From: Lytechinus pictus
Taxonomy: Eukaryota
Assembly: GCF_037042905.1 (NCBI RefSeq)
Contig: NC_087245.1
Span: 31,684,001-31,748,000, forward strand
Reading direction: 5' to 3'
DNA: 64,000 bases
Shown here in pieces: positions 50,804 to 64,000 of this stretch. The notes beneath the pieces are model-generated. The model was not told where the DNA came from. It was given only the letters and a program-made list of their open reading frames with translations, and did not search any database. The stretch's first letter is position 1, and each line of letters opens with the position of its first letter. Made by a program: the position numbers and the translations under genes.

Positions 50804-50836
50804 TGATTAGTGTTGATTTTTATCAATTGTTCATAT

Positions 50837-51703
50837 GTAGGGGAAGGCGGGGTAAGTTGTGACACTTTTTGCATTTTGTATGTTAGAATTGATATGACTA
50901 ATAATATTGTATAAATAAGTACCTTGCCTTTAAATTTGATTCTTTGGAAATATTTTTCACCTATATATAACTTTCTACCCCCACACTGAAATTCATTGTG
51001 ACCTTTGAAAAAAATGATGTCAAATGGCTCAACTTGCCCCATATGTGGGGTAAGTTGTGCCACCTTCTGGGGTAAGTTGAGCCACAAAAACTATGTACAA
51101 AATGTATGCGGGAAGAAGCAGCATGTCAATTTTTTATTTCAAGACTTTTCACTTGCTAATTCTCTATAAATACTAACATCCTCTAAAAGTAAAAGAACTG
51201 CCATGTGAATTTACACCTTTCTGCCTGCATATCAATGGCTTTTCAAGCTTTTTAAAAATTTTTCATTCTTATTACCATAAGAATTACCATGGCTCAACTT
51301 GCCCCATGTTGGCTGGCTCAAAGTACCCCAGTCCGAACTTAATGCGATATTTTCACATCCACACATTTCTTATGCATCCATCATTTAAAAGACTATGACA
51401 AGAATGAAGATCCATACCTGGACTAACAATATTGTTCTTATTTCTTTATTATATTTAAAGACATATGTGGGTAAAAAGCACTCCTCTATTTTACACCCTT
51501 TTTTACTTTTTTGGCTGAAATTTGTATTTTTCCGTCTAAAAAAGTACTTTTTGTTTCAAAGTTGAAAACAATATGGTTGGGTAAAGGGTTATGTAATGGG
51601 TCATCAATACATGACACCACCACAATGTCTGACTCATTCATTATTGGCCTGGGGGTGGTGGCTCAACTTGCCCCTATGCTCAACTTACCCCGCCTTCCCC
51701 TAC
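50837..51703. mobile_element. TIR element (possibly Sola-like)
   Basis: Perfect TIR gtaggggaaggcggggtaagttg ... caacttaccccgccttcccctac, flanks atat/atgt, and internal ggctcaacttgcccc repeats. Confidence 0.8.
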
Positions 51704-52074
51704 ATGTATTTACTTATTAGCTGTTGCAGTATAGGTGGGTGTACAAACATACACACACTTTCAAATAAATTTTACCACAGCCAACTGTTGGGCCTTTAAT
51801 ATCCTCTATATCTTTTCTGTTCCTCATGTGTTTCAAGTTGCCGGTATAATCTTATCACTATGAAGATTATGAAGGGTGGTCTGACATTTCATACCATGTT
51901 AAACCAACTATAATGAAATTAATGTTATGATAAATTCACTTCAAATTTATTTCCACAATTAAAAATATTATATAAATTATAAGAGATATATTACATGTGG
52001 AGGGGTCAAAGAAAGCACAACTGCTTGTTTAAAATTGGCCCCATTGTAATAACAATAAATCATATTAATACATG

Positions 52075-52600
52075 TAAAATGAACATTAACAATATAATCA
52101 TAATCATAACATAATTACAAATAAGTTAAAGAAAGAGAGAGAGAGGGGGGGGGGGGGTGAAAACAAATTATTAGAATAAAAGGAAAGCCGTGTTTAGAAC
52201 TAGTGTTTTGTTTTGGAGACATGCACGTTTAAACTGATTTAGAGATTTAGATAATTTAACAGAATTAGGTAATGAGTTCAAAAAGAGAGGTCCAAAATAA
52301 AAAAAGCTAAAAAAAAGTTAAAGCTATACGTGGCAAAGGAGGGTGGTAACTGTTACAATTTCTAGTTTGATATGAGTGATACAAATTATTCATTTAAAAA
52401 TAATCTTGAAGAGACTTAGGTAACATATGGTTGTGGCATTGGTATATGAATAAACAGGTCTGTATTGATATGATATTCTGAATTGATAAGATATTATTTT
52501 GTTGGAAAAGAGGTGCACTCTCAGAGAGGTGATGGGAATGAGTTATTAGACGGATTGCTTGTTTTTGTATAAAAAAAATTATGTATATTTCTTTTAGTTC
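52075..52600 (-). mobile_element. Old CR1/L2-group LINE 3' fragment
   Basis: IQKQAIRLITHSHHLSESAPLFQQNNILSI is typical of the C-terminal ORF2 region; many disruptions. Confidence 0.7.
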
Positions 52601-53394
52601 TGAATCCCCATGCAATCACTCCATGCAATCATGATTTTACCTCTCCTCAAAAGAGAAGAAGAAATAAATTAAGACAGGGTATACTTACATAGAGCTTATT
52701 GTGAGTGTGCTTATACATGTATGTAAAGCTCTTGGATCAGCCACTATGAGCATGAATTTTCTTGTATTTTTATATTGTTCAGATTAAACAAATGCTAATT
52801 GATTTGAGAGATCCTTTTTAATGAGCACAATTGAGGAAATAGTTTTGTCTTTTTATAGATTATTTTTTATTTTATATTTCATTTCAAGTGTTCCTATATT
52901 TGTGCATAATGCATTAAATGGAAATATCATCTTTCTGCCATTTTTAGAATATGGATTTTTCTAAATATTCTTGAATATTGTTTGTAGCAGATCCTGGGTT
53001 ATCTCCAGTATGGATGGAATTTTAGGGGTGATTTGAGCTGTGATAAGGGTGATGTCGCCCACGGCCCTCTCACATTTCTTACACTGCATAACCAGCTCAA
53101 CCTCTAAAGATGGCGGACAAAACAAATTCAGATGCAGAATCTAAATTTGAGAGATCATCTCACATCCTCTTATCCATCTGTATACATTGGAATGAGCTTG
53201 ACTTTCGAGTCTGCATAAACTCTAAAAAATGATATAGTATAGAAGTGATATAACTATCCTTTTGATTGGAATTCAAGTCTTGCCCCGATACATTCTCCAT
53301 TCCCTGGGGAGTATGGCATCTTGTTCATTAATGAGCTTCGTAATACAATGGTTTGCAAATAAAACAACCTATCCATACTTCTAGGTACCCATTA

Positions 53395-53800
53395 GAGACA
53401 CCGTTCTCACTATCTTCCTAATACTAGTTTAATGTGTAATGAGAACGGTCAAAGCGATCTTGGAAGCGATCTTCCAAACAAATTCAAGATCGCTTTGCCT
53501 TGTTAAACTGGTTTTAGCCTAAGTGAGGACACAACCGTTCTTTGGGAAGCAATCTTCGCACATTTTGAGCGCGCTACTCTACACACTGTGTGTAGAATGC
53601 CTATGATGCAGTTGCGAATTTCACAAGAAACGTGTCACCCCACCGAGAGTGTTCCCATAGCAACAAGATTGCTTTACGTGAAGTGATTTTGAAAACTTTC
53701 GGGTGATCAATTGGGAACGCTAGCAAAGTGATCTTCCAAACTGGTTTCCTGAACCGGTTTCCAGTAAACTAGCTTTAGAAAGCGTAATGAGAACGGATCT
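53395..53800 (-). mobile_element. Harbinger-like MITE family C inserted in a SINE remnant
   Basis: Reverse complement of 14166-14629, with SINE-like pieces on both flanks. Confidence 0.75.
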
Positions 53801-54563
53801 AAGAGAGTAGATTGATGTCAAATGGCTTTCCAGGTGATGCAAGTGGTGCAGAGGGATTGATCTCCTGACCCTCTGATTGAATGACAAGAGTCAAAACCAC
53901 AACACCAGGGTGTTTCCATATGTATACAAGCAGATAAAATCACCAATAACATTCAGGACAAAAATGGCAAATATAACGCTGGGGAGCATATTATGAAAAC
54001 TGAAAATTCTTTTCTGTGATTTGCCTAAGTACTTTGCTCTCAGCCAATCAGATCCAAGGATTTTAAGTAGCTTATAACATAATTGTCAGTGAAAATGATT
54101 GACAAAATTGTTCATTAAATGCCAGTGAGTCATGTCAAGCTTTCAGCTCAGGTGAACTTGATCAATGGAGAGTATTGTGTTAGATTGAATAGCTCCCTCT
54201 ACTGTTAAAAGTGTATGTAGTTTACAATGAAATGTGTAGAGAAGCTGAAACTTTGATTCATGGAGTGAAAGGGGTATGGCTATCAGAAAATATACTTGCT
54301 GTACTTCAAATTATTTGATCACCAATTTTTAAATGTGTATCACTCAGTTATTTTTTGGTAATATTTGAAAGATAGATACAAGATACTCAATTTGTTCTTG
54401 TTACAAACTTGGCTGTTCAACCAAAGGAAAAAACATTTATTTCTTGAAAAATGGTAAGAAATACCACAAATACTTAGAAAATAAATATTTTCCATATGGC
54501 AGAATGTCATTTCCATATACCACATAATTGCATATTGTGCAAAAAGAGTAGCCCAAAAATTAA

Positions 54564-55188
54564 AGGGAATTATCATCCTTACAATTAAATTAGTTTGTTG
54601 TGGCATACCAGAATAAAAAGCATTGGTGAAGGTTTGAGGAAAATCCATCAAAGATTAAGAAAGATATTAGAATATTTAGTTTTTGATTTGTGACATCATA
54701 CAAGCAGCTGCCCCATATGTTATGTAATATAATATAGACAAATTTCATTTTTTTTATTGTTCATGATGAGTAAGAAATTCTTTCTTTCAGAAGCTAGCAT
54801 GAAATGATTTGTCTGTTGATATTTATCATTTCCATTAATGCTCAATATTATAATGTTTTTTGTTTTACGAAGTAAGAATGCTCGTCTGTAAAATTGTACT
54901 TGATTTGTATTACTTTATATTACTTTGTATTATGTTTTGAATGGAAATGGAATAAAGAATTGAATACTGAAGGTACAATTTAAACAATTTTTATGTTATG
55001 GAGAAAATGACATTTCTTTGATTTCTTTTTACTACATGATATATGAGGAAGCTGCTCGTATGTGATGTCACAAATAATTATAAAAAAATCTAATAACGTT
55101 TTAAATCTTTGATGGATTTACCTCCAACCCTCACCAACTTTATTTCTGCTATTTTTACAATGCACTTTTTGTCAGGGTGAATTTCCCT
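54564..55188. mobile_element. Kolobok-like MITE family B
   Basis: TTAA|agggaatt ... aatttccct|gtaa, with internal inverted repeats shared with 13329-13848. Confidence 0.65.
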
Positions 55189-57318
55189 GTAAGTAATTGC
55201 CCCAATATGAAAAAAAAGCCCCTAAAATGGAAAAAAGTATATATATATTTCCTACCCCGGCATTCCATCACCTGCTGTAGTATCAATGCGATTGCAAATA
55301 CTAACATATTGGAACATCCATGAAGTGTTAACCAAAGTTACGACAGATTTCACCTGATGATGAATTTCTTCTCTGTTGCCCAATCCCCGAAAATATACAG
55401 ATTGCCTAATTCAATGAAATTTTGAACCTGTTAGAAGCCAAACTGTACTTAGTCTTCCCCTATTCTCTGTTTGATTGACAGTCCTGTTTGCATTGCTTCC
55501 ATCATCTTAATAGGACTTCCTCGCACTGTCCGTTCATTCATAAGGGAGGCGGAAATGAGGTCCTGTCATTTCCTTGCCAATAAGGCTCAGTAATACCCCC
55601 TCTTCTCCCTCTCTGTTGGCGCTTTCAAACCTGCCCAATCCGAGTGAAAAAAAATCTTTTTGGGGGGCTATTTAAGCCCACCAGCCAAAATTTGCTACAT
55701 TGTATTACAAGCTTACATTTAATAGAACCTATGGGAATTTCATGGACTCTTTCTTTTTCCAGGGCTTCTTGGGGCATTTTGGCGTCCAATTAGCCCTGAG
55801 CCCCCATGCAGATTTTTTTCCCCTGGCCCGATCCCAAAATAACCTGGAAATCACAAGTCATGTCTCAAAATATGTGATAATCAATTTTATGCATTCACAG
55901 CCTCCTTGACCTTGATCAAGTCCTGAATTTAGCATACTTGCCAACCCATCCCTATATATATATTTAATAAGGACAGTCCCTACTTGGTTAAGGAAAACAA
56001 GCAATTTTTTCTCACAATGACCCCGCGTCCATTTTTGGGGTGAAAGTTTTCATTAAAAGGGTTATAAATATAAATGTAGAAAGTTAGCAATGTCCCTATT
56101 TTTAATGTTTTTTTTTTGTACATGTAATCCCTTATGGACTTGCAGTATTAGCCAGCAACAAGACTCTTGCATTCTACTACAATGTACATGTATGTGTATT
56201 TTTGCCGCATATCTATGAAAGTTGTCGCAGTTTGCTTTCACACTGCAAATGTCTAGCAACTACAGAGAAATCCCCATAATAATCTTTCTTAAATTTTGAA
56301 AAGTATCCATTAACTTGCAGGTATTTCTTTTGGGGGGCATTGCAAATACTCTGCTTTTAAATTGGTGAAATACCTGATACTATTTGATCTGTTTAGAAAT
56401 TCTGGGCTGGAAAATGTTACATGTAGTTTTTTTTTTGACAGGGTGGGTATGAAAACACCTTGTATGACTCTAACTTTGGCAGAAGTCTGTTGGAAATTGC
56501 AACTTGCTTTCAAGGGTTTTGCTAGGTCAGGCTTATGAGATGGTCAAATTTAATAATGAAATTTAGAAATTTCTGTCTTCTTTTTAATGTGAAATCGAAC
56601 ACTTGAACTGTGTGAGTACCGCCAGGGATGATGATTTTCAGCGATTGTGGGAAATGGACATAAATTACAGAAACAGCCGTTGGAAACAGAAAAGACGATT
56701 TCAGTCGAACGACCATAGAAAATCATTCCAAAACCACATGAAACGCAGAAAATGTAATAAATACAACATAAATTGAAAAAAAAAAACATTTAAGATGTAC
56801 TCTAAGCTTCAGTTTCAAAGAAAAACTTGAGGTAATATAATCCGTGCAGCTGCAAGTGCATAGTATATTCACCCCAAAAATGTGCAAAATGACCCTCGAA
56901 TGATGTAATAGAGCCTGCATGCCCCCGTAATTTGCTACTGGGTTCAATACAAATCTTTAATTTATTCTGAACAGCTTGATGAGAAAACAATATTTTTAGT
57001 ATTTTTAGATCATTTTTTTATTGCTTTGTCTGTCATCTTTGGATATGTCTCTGAAGTGCACAAACTTCAAAAAATTCAAACATCAAAATGCATGGACTTT
57101 CATATAAAACATAGAGGTCACTTGGACTATACCTTTTTTACTGAAAATTACACTTGTATATTCAAAAGAGGAAATCAGTCAAAGAAGTATACAAACATGA
57201 AGTTTTGAACATGGAAACTTATACATGGAAATTTCATGTTAATCTCTGGGACTTTACCTTTTGCCTAACATAATATGCACTTGTATATTTTTAAGAGGAT
57301 ATCTGATGGGAAAGTTAA

Positions 57319-57912
57319 AGGGGAATCCAGCCTTGGCCATTGAATGTTGTGTTGAGAAGGAGAAAAATAAATCAAACAGAGTGGTGAAAGTTTGAAAGAA
57401 ATCGGACAAGCAATAAGAAAGTTATAGCTGCATTAAAATTTAGATCACTAATACTATGTAGATTTCAAATTGGCAACTGGGTAAGTAAATTATGACAAGG
57501 GGCAAGGACAACTTTCCCATAGGCCATGTACTTTATTATCAGGGATTTGTGGTTTTCTCCTAAGTACCCATTCCCCTGGGGCAGTAATCTAAATATATCC
57601 CAGGTAGTATATTGTTTTATGTCCTCATGAAAGAAAAATATAATTTGAAATAAAACTTTTGGGAAAAATGACATTTTAGCCATAATATGTATTGGAGTAC
57701 ATGGAAGAGTAGTCCATGCCTTACATCACTATGACATCCCATATGTGGCCAATTTGAAGTCTCCATGGGTATAGGGATTACCAATATTTACAACTTTTAA
57801 AAATTCATAACTTTCTTGTTGTTTGTCCAATATTGTTCAAACTTTCACCTATCAACTTGTCTGATTTTTCTTTTTCTTATAAAAAAAGTTTTTATTTGGG
57901 TTGGATTCCCCT
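57319..57912. mobile_element. Kolobok-like MITE
   Basis: TTAA|aggggaatcca ... tggattcccct|TTAA. Confidence 0.85.
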
Positions 57913-60900
57913 TTAAGTGTTCAGTCTTTCCTGTCATTGGTATACCATTGTGATTCTGGTGTTCCACAAATTCCCCTATTCAAGGAAAGAAATTGTGATT
58001 ACAACATGTAGGAAGTCCTGTGTTTTAGTACAAGAAACCCATATATACAAATGAAGTTTAGGTTTGACTAATCTGTATATTTTAGCTCTTTCTGCATCTA
58101 ATTGTGACCAATTGTCATAATGACAGTTTGAATTGTACCCAACTTGAATTATTATAATTATACAGTGTACTTGTAGAATTTTGCATTATTTCACAAAAAG
58201 CAACAGCCATTCACCCAACAGAGAGCTAAAGAACAACAACAAAGCAAACATAAAGGAAAATCTTGCCATGAATATGATTTATTAATGGACAAATGTAATT
58301 CATTATGGTGGCAGAACAAAAAGGAAAAGGTAGATTGAAATCATAATCCCTAAATGATTAAATATTTTGAATTATTTGTTTTCTTGAAGAAAAAAAATCT
58401 TACATTCTTAATGATATGTTGTTGCACACCATTTAAAATGAAATCATTATTGATATAGTGTGTTATGATGTTCAGTAAGCATTCACATGTATATAGAGTA
58501 TTAAAGTAAACAACCAATTGAATGATTTGTGTCTGAACTTGAAGAAAGACATAAATTAATGAAAAAAGTTGGATTTTCAGATATGCTACTAGATATTAGT
58601 AATGCTTGATCTAAAAAGACAAATAATTGATTGAGAGAAATTTACCACCAAACAATTTTCTAATGTAGGATAGAGCCTCTCTTTATGAGGAACATCCCAC
58701 ATTCAATACATGTACATAATATAGGCCTTATGTATAAAAATGACTGTTGTATCATTGATTCATACATTGTAGCATTGTATACTGATAATGGATTCACATA
58801 TATACACTTAAGTGGCAGAAAGGAATAGATTTATAACATCCCATCTCAATTTTGATTTCCTACAAAATATGTTATGGAGATATCAGACTCGCAAAAAATA
58901 GATTAACAAAACTCGGATGAGTGCATATTATGTACAATTCAAAATTGAGGCCATGTCTATCATTGTTTTTCCCCTTCAAGACTCGTTCATGTGCTCAAAT
59001 ACTTCACTGCTGATGAGCCATGTAATGAATTTGAAATTTTATATAATTAATTTTGCTCAATGGTTATTACAGTGTTAACATTGATCATACAATATACTTT
59101 AGAACTGAGTCTTTTTACCACTGTACATGTCCTGTTTTTTCAGTATTCAAATTAGGGGGTCTGGATGGTACTCCCAATAACTTTCCTTTCACTATGTGGC
59201 AAAACTACCAATTTTTATGGTTATTTTCATGTAAGTCATTTCGGCTGCAATGGGTATGTTTTTTATTATAAGGCTCTCTATTTTCAAAATGTGTAGTTAA
59301 ATTGATAAATGTGGAATATCTTGAACAGTAAAATTACTTAACCATATGCAGTAGATATTTTTGTTCAGAATTTCCCAATCAGAACATCATATTAGCAGCT
59401 GCAGTGTACGTAATATCAGACAAGTCCCCCTCCCCTCCCCCCTCCCCCGAAGATGTTAAAGTTAGAAAAAATTTGTTTTAGACACATCATTGTATGAAGA
59501 CAATGACTTGCAAATAATGGACAGTTTCTTTTTTTTTATCCAGTTACTCTAACTCGACCTTCCCCTTCCCAAAGTACAGAGTTCATAATCCCTAAATTTA
59601 TGGTATCCGTAAATTGCAAAATCACACCTTACCTAATTCAGTTAGGTACCTGGAAGTTCTGTGTTGAGAACTTTCTTCATCTTAATAAGGAAGTTCTTCT
59701 TACACCTGTAATGAACAAGATAGGAATATGCATGCATTACTCAGATCTTCAGCAAAAAGGAGATTTGATCTTTCTTCGTACATTATTTTGTTTTGATACA
59801 TGGTTAATACCATTGGCCATCACACCTTTATATGCAAAAACTTATGTTTATCAAATCTTTTCTGAAAATTCAGCAGGAAGTTCTATTCAAAGTTTCATTG
59901 ATTTAAATATTATCACTATATAGTAGCACGTTTTCATAAACTGTTGGACAAAATGTTTTTGCGTTTTCTGTGTTTGAGATCCCAAATCGCATTGAGATGC
60001 CAAATGTGCCTTTGAAGAGCCCCAAATTGCTCCAATCTATCTGAATGTGTTTTAGATTTGGAACAGTGATGAGAGTGAACTTGAAGATAAAGCAATTTCC
60101 CTGAAGTTATCAACCCAACAAGCAATTTCCTACTGTCTCAAGGATAATATTAGAGATTGGTAGATAAGAAGAGATAGATGGATGGATGGAGAGATGGAAC
60201 AGAAGAAGAATGGAAAGGTGGAACAGAAGAAGAATGGAAAGGTTGATGCAAGTAGGGAGAGTATGAGAAAGAAGGGATGCTTCACAAGGATGCATTGCAA
60301 GATTCAAAGCCAAATCCAACCAGTGAAAAGTTTTTTTTACATATTACAGCCGGATAAAAGGCTTAATGACTCAAAACTGGAATTAATTTTATAAGTAGCA
60401 TTTTGCGATTGATTGCATTGTTTCTCTATGTGCGATCAATCTCATCATCAGCTTAACGATCATTCAGTAATCTTAATGTCAGTTGGTCTTGATTTGGTAA
60501 TAATATAAAAGGAGACTCAGGGAAGTGGGGAAAAATGAAGATAATCATTTTTTTATTTGTTTTTTATAAATATTTTCATGATTATTTTATTTAAACCAAT
60601 TCATATTTTTCAACATTGTTTTAACTTTTATATACAGTACTTATTGCCTTCCAGTAGTTTCCTTTCATTGTCATTGTCATCGTCATGACTGTGTTTCTTT
60701 TATCCTTGTCCCTTCCTGCTCCATGTAATTTTTCTCTTATTTCCTTTTTGCAGCGCCTTGAGCACATTATCAATGTGGATTTAGCGCTTTAGAAATATAT
60801 ATTATTATTATTAATATTATATTGCCATTGCTATATGCATAAAATAGTACCAAAATATATGCAGAATATAAGTGTGTAACTCCAAAACTATTTTAAAAAA

Positions 60901-63900
60901 TGCATGATGAAAAATATATGTTTTGTCTAGTATTTTGAGCTCCACAGGGAGTGGAGGATGTGCATACATTGTGTGCAGGAATAACTGAATCCCATGACTA
61001 TATAAATAACAAGATTGTTATCATTATGTACTTAAACACAACAATATATTTAATTAAGTTGATTGTAAAATGTAGCTTTATAATTAGATTAAACAAGCAA
61101 TACATTTCTAGAACTCTAGCTGTCCCCTGAACACATGTCACCTGATGAGGTACCCCCCTCCTACCTCATCACTGTTGGGGGTAAGTTCGACTCATCATCG
61201 ACCAATCAACACGCAGTATTCTCTATAGGGTTGCTTCCTTCCACAGTTACAAGCTGTCATTTACTCTAGTCTAGCTTATCAAAGATTTCAGCCCTCTTAG
61301 TTTCGACGATAATCATTCCATTTTTTTAATTCAGCTTTAAGGCCCATATTTCACCTGAAAAAAACTAAAAATTATTATTATTATAACTCAAAATTAAGGA
61401 ACAATAATAAAAATATCCTGACTTGGATTCAGGCAAATTTTTTTGTGTTTTTAACCAACAAATTGGACCAATATAATTTATTGCATGAGCCAAAAAGAAA
61501 GGTTTTCTTAGTATACGATAAACATCGTTTTAAATCGTTTTAACTTGCATGTTTTCTGAGAGATTTTCTTTTGTTTGAAAGAATTGTAAAATGTAAAGTT
61601 TTGTATTACTTTTGGGCCCATTGCATACTTTTGCAATTATAGTAACTCTCTATAGTGAAATGGATTTTGATTGGCTGTCGAGCAACCTGTCGTACTCACA
61701 GCCAATCAAAATTCATTGTTCAATTAAGAGATTTTATAATATTAGCAAAGTCAAAATCAATTATAGTAAGTTTTCTGCAACATGCTCCTGATTTATAGCG
61801 AACCAAATGGATATCTCACTTTCTAAAAGCATTAGCTGAAGAGTGTCCAAAAAGATGCTGATTGGTAAAATAATGCTGGTCTCACAAATGACTTGCATAC
61901 AAATGTAGTACAATGTTACCGTATCTACTCTACAACCCCCCCCCCTTGTTTGCCCACATTTTGTCTTTGGATGCTCAGTGAATTCATCTGCAAAACTGCT
62001 TTGCGAAGCTCCCTACTCCCTCTCTTAGCGTTCTTGTTTGAAGCAGTATAATTATTGACCAGTCAGTTTTCAAATATTTGGTTTGTGCTACAAGTGATGC
62101 CTTTTCGTTGGAAATTAGAAATTAGATTATTTGATAATTGAGTTATTTGTTCTTTGTTATTACTTATGCTGTATGGTTGGTTGATTGATTGAGTCATTGT
62201 ATTTATGATTCTTTTAGGGTGGGGGTGAATGCAGTATATTGTCAAGCTCATGGAGTCTTCATAGATAGCTCATTTTAACATTGCTTGAGAAGTTGAGACA
62301 CAAAGTCAGGGTAGAGAAGTGTAGTTTCTCTGAAACTAAAAACCTATGAACATTGTGGTTATGTCTCAGTGATGAATTTGCTTTTTGCTAGAGGATGTCC
62401 CATTTGAATTGAAGGTGTAGATTATCATACCTTGACACCTAGATAACATCCTTTTGTTGCAAAAAATACGTTTTATAGGTGTTGCTACATTGTCTGCCAG
62501 GTAATTACCTAATTATACAGCTGAAGACATGGTTGTTGAGGACTGAAAGAGGTCTGAGGGATTTAGGCTAATCCTGATGTCTCATCCGTTGGAACTTTTC
62601 AGATGAAGGGGGTTGAAGACTTGGCTACTGCTCTGTAATGCGACGGGTGTCTTTCATTGTCCCCCCTCCTCTCCCTTTCAGCTCTTGTCGCTTGCCTGAA
62701 AGGGTTGCCGAGTGATCCAACTCATCTGTCCGGCCACGGTGACTAAAAGTGCTTCGTCGTGCCGCTGCGAATCAAGGTTTAGCGCTGGAAATACCTCGTG
62801 AAGTCAGGTCTCTTGCAGCGCAACCTCCATGAGGCACGGTCCATTCTGTGGTTTGATCCTAATCGGGAATGAAGTAGATACATAAGGACATTATATTCAT
62901 TATTAGACTTGGAAAATCATCTGAATTCTTGTAAATCATTCATTAAAGCAGATAAGGCTCTTTCTATTAGACTGTCGTTGCAGTTGTCATCTCTACAAAA
63001 GATTTAAAAAATCAATGGATGACCTTGTCTACAAAACAGTTACTTTAAGTTAGTTTCAACCTGGACACCATTTAAACACGATACGTCATCTAGAAATTGC
63101 GGAAGTTATGCACTTGAGTCTTTCAAGATTTTCACTTTCGTCCACCTTGTTAAGAAAACATATTCTTGATACGTTTTGATATGGTGATATAATTGCTTTG
63201 ATACTTTCAGTGATGCTCATATTTATCATTGAGTGGTAGCTTATATTTCAACATCTTCGTAGTAAGGTCTGAAGTTCACCTTGTGTCTTAATTGTGGTCG
63301 CTGCTCAGGTTTCATTAATGGCTGTTTTGATGACTTAAGAAATTGAAACTTAGCTGTTGGATTATGCATTTTCGTTTATAAACACTTGTGAACGTATAAC
63401 AGGATTATAAGGAAGTTCATTGAGGAATAATCTGTGTCTTCACTCCTGACGGTGCTAGTCCTGAGGAACGTGCAGTACAGAGCAGCTGCTTCTATGCCTT
63501 AAAGTTGGGTGTCTTTCAACTTAATCTTTGTATGGCCAGTGAGCTTAGATATATCAGACAGACTTAACCGGCTTCATAGTTTCATAGTGTGGATTGTGAG
63601 TGAAAAAGGAATATCAGATTGGATTTTCGTGATATTTATTCGTAACAATGCCTTGCGTGCCGTGTCGTTGGTCAGTCCAGTGTGTGGAGGATCAGGAAGG
63701 TGTTGTCATGGTGATTTGCAGTACGAGAAAGAGAGTAAGCTCCAGTTTTAATCTATTATAGTCCATAAAAGTCAAGTATTGTCAGATAAGAATTTGATTT
63801 TCGATAATCCATAATAATTTGTTGTTTTACCACAGAGGGTGATTATAACTTTTTGGACAACTAGACTATGAAGTGCCACATTAAATGATCAAGTTCCCTT

Positions 63901-64000
63901 TCCCAATTTTTTTAGTTCTTGGTGGAATGCTAACCACCCACAGAACTCAATGGTTATATTTTTTTAGGATTTGTCAATGTCTAAACCAGTTTTCTATTAA

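Noticed and set aside
62682..62930. Internal coding exon after ctccctttcag
   Set aside because: All three frames hit stops within ~70 nt, and there is no RhoGAP similarity.

Overview
This is AT-rich animal genomic DNA, probably an invertebrate deuterostome such as a sea urchin. That assignment is inferred from repeat style and is not proven. The window is almost entirely intronic and repeat-rich. It holds the 5' part of one + strand RhoGAP gene of the ARHGAP18/28/40 (Drosophila conundrum) family. I find a probable 5'UTR exon (19957-20164) and three phase-compatible coding exons (21813-21990, 34732-34797, 42687-42880; 146 aa); the GAP domain must lie beyond the window. The introns are packed with non-autonomous DNA elements: TTAA-flanked Kolobok-like, 3-bp-TSD Harbinger-like, hAT, Tc1/mariner-like, Sola-like, and Helentron/HINE-like elements with 163-bp internal arrays. 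They also carry tRNA-derived SINEs and decayed L2/CR1/RTE LINE pieces, often nested. The most unusual signal is a MITE whose core is a fully paired canonical cloverleaf tRNA-like gene with a UCA (opal-decoding) anticodon and its own T6 terminator. Other highlights are paralog-proven TA-N4-5-TA transposon excision footprints, which could explain the abundant TACATGTA motifs, and Helentron arrays built from dense nuclear-receptor half-sites.
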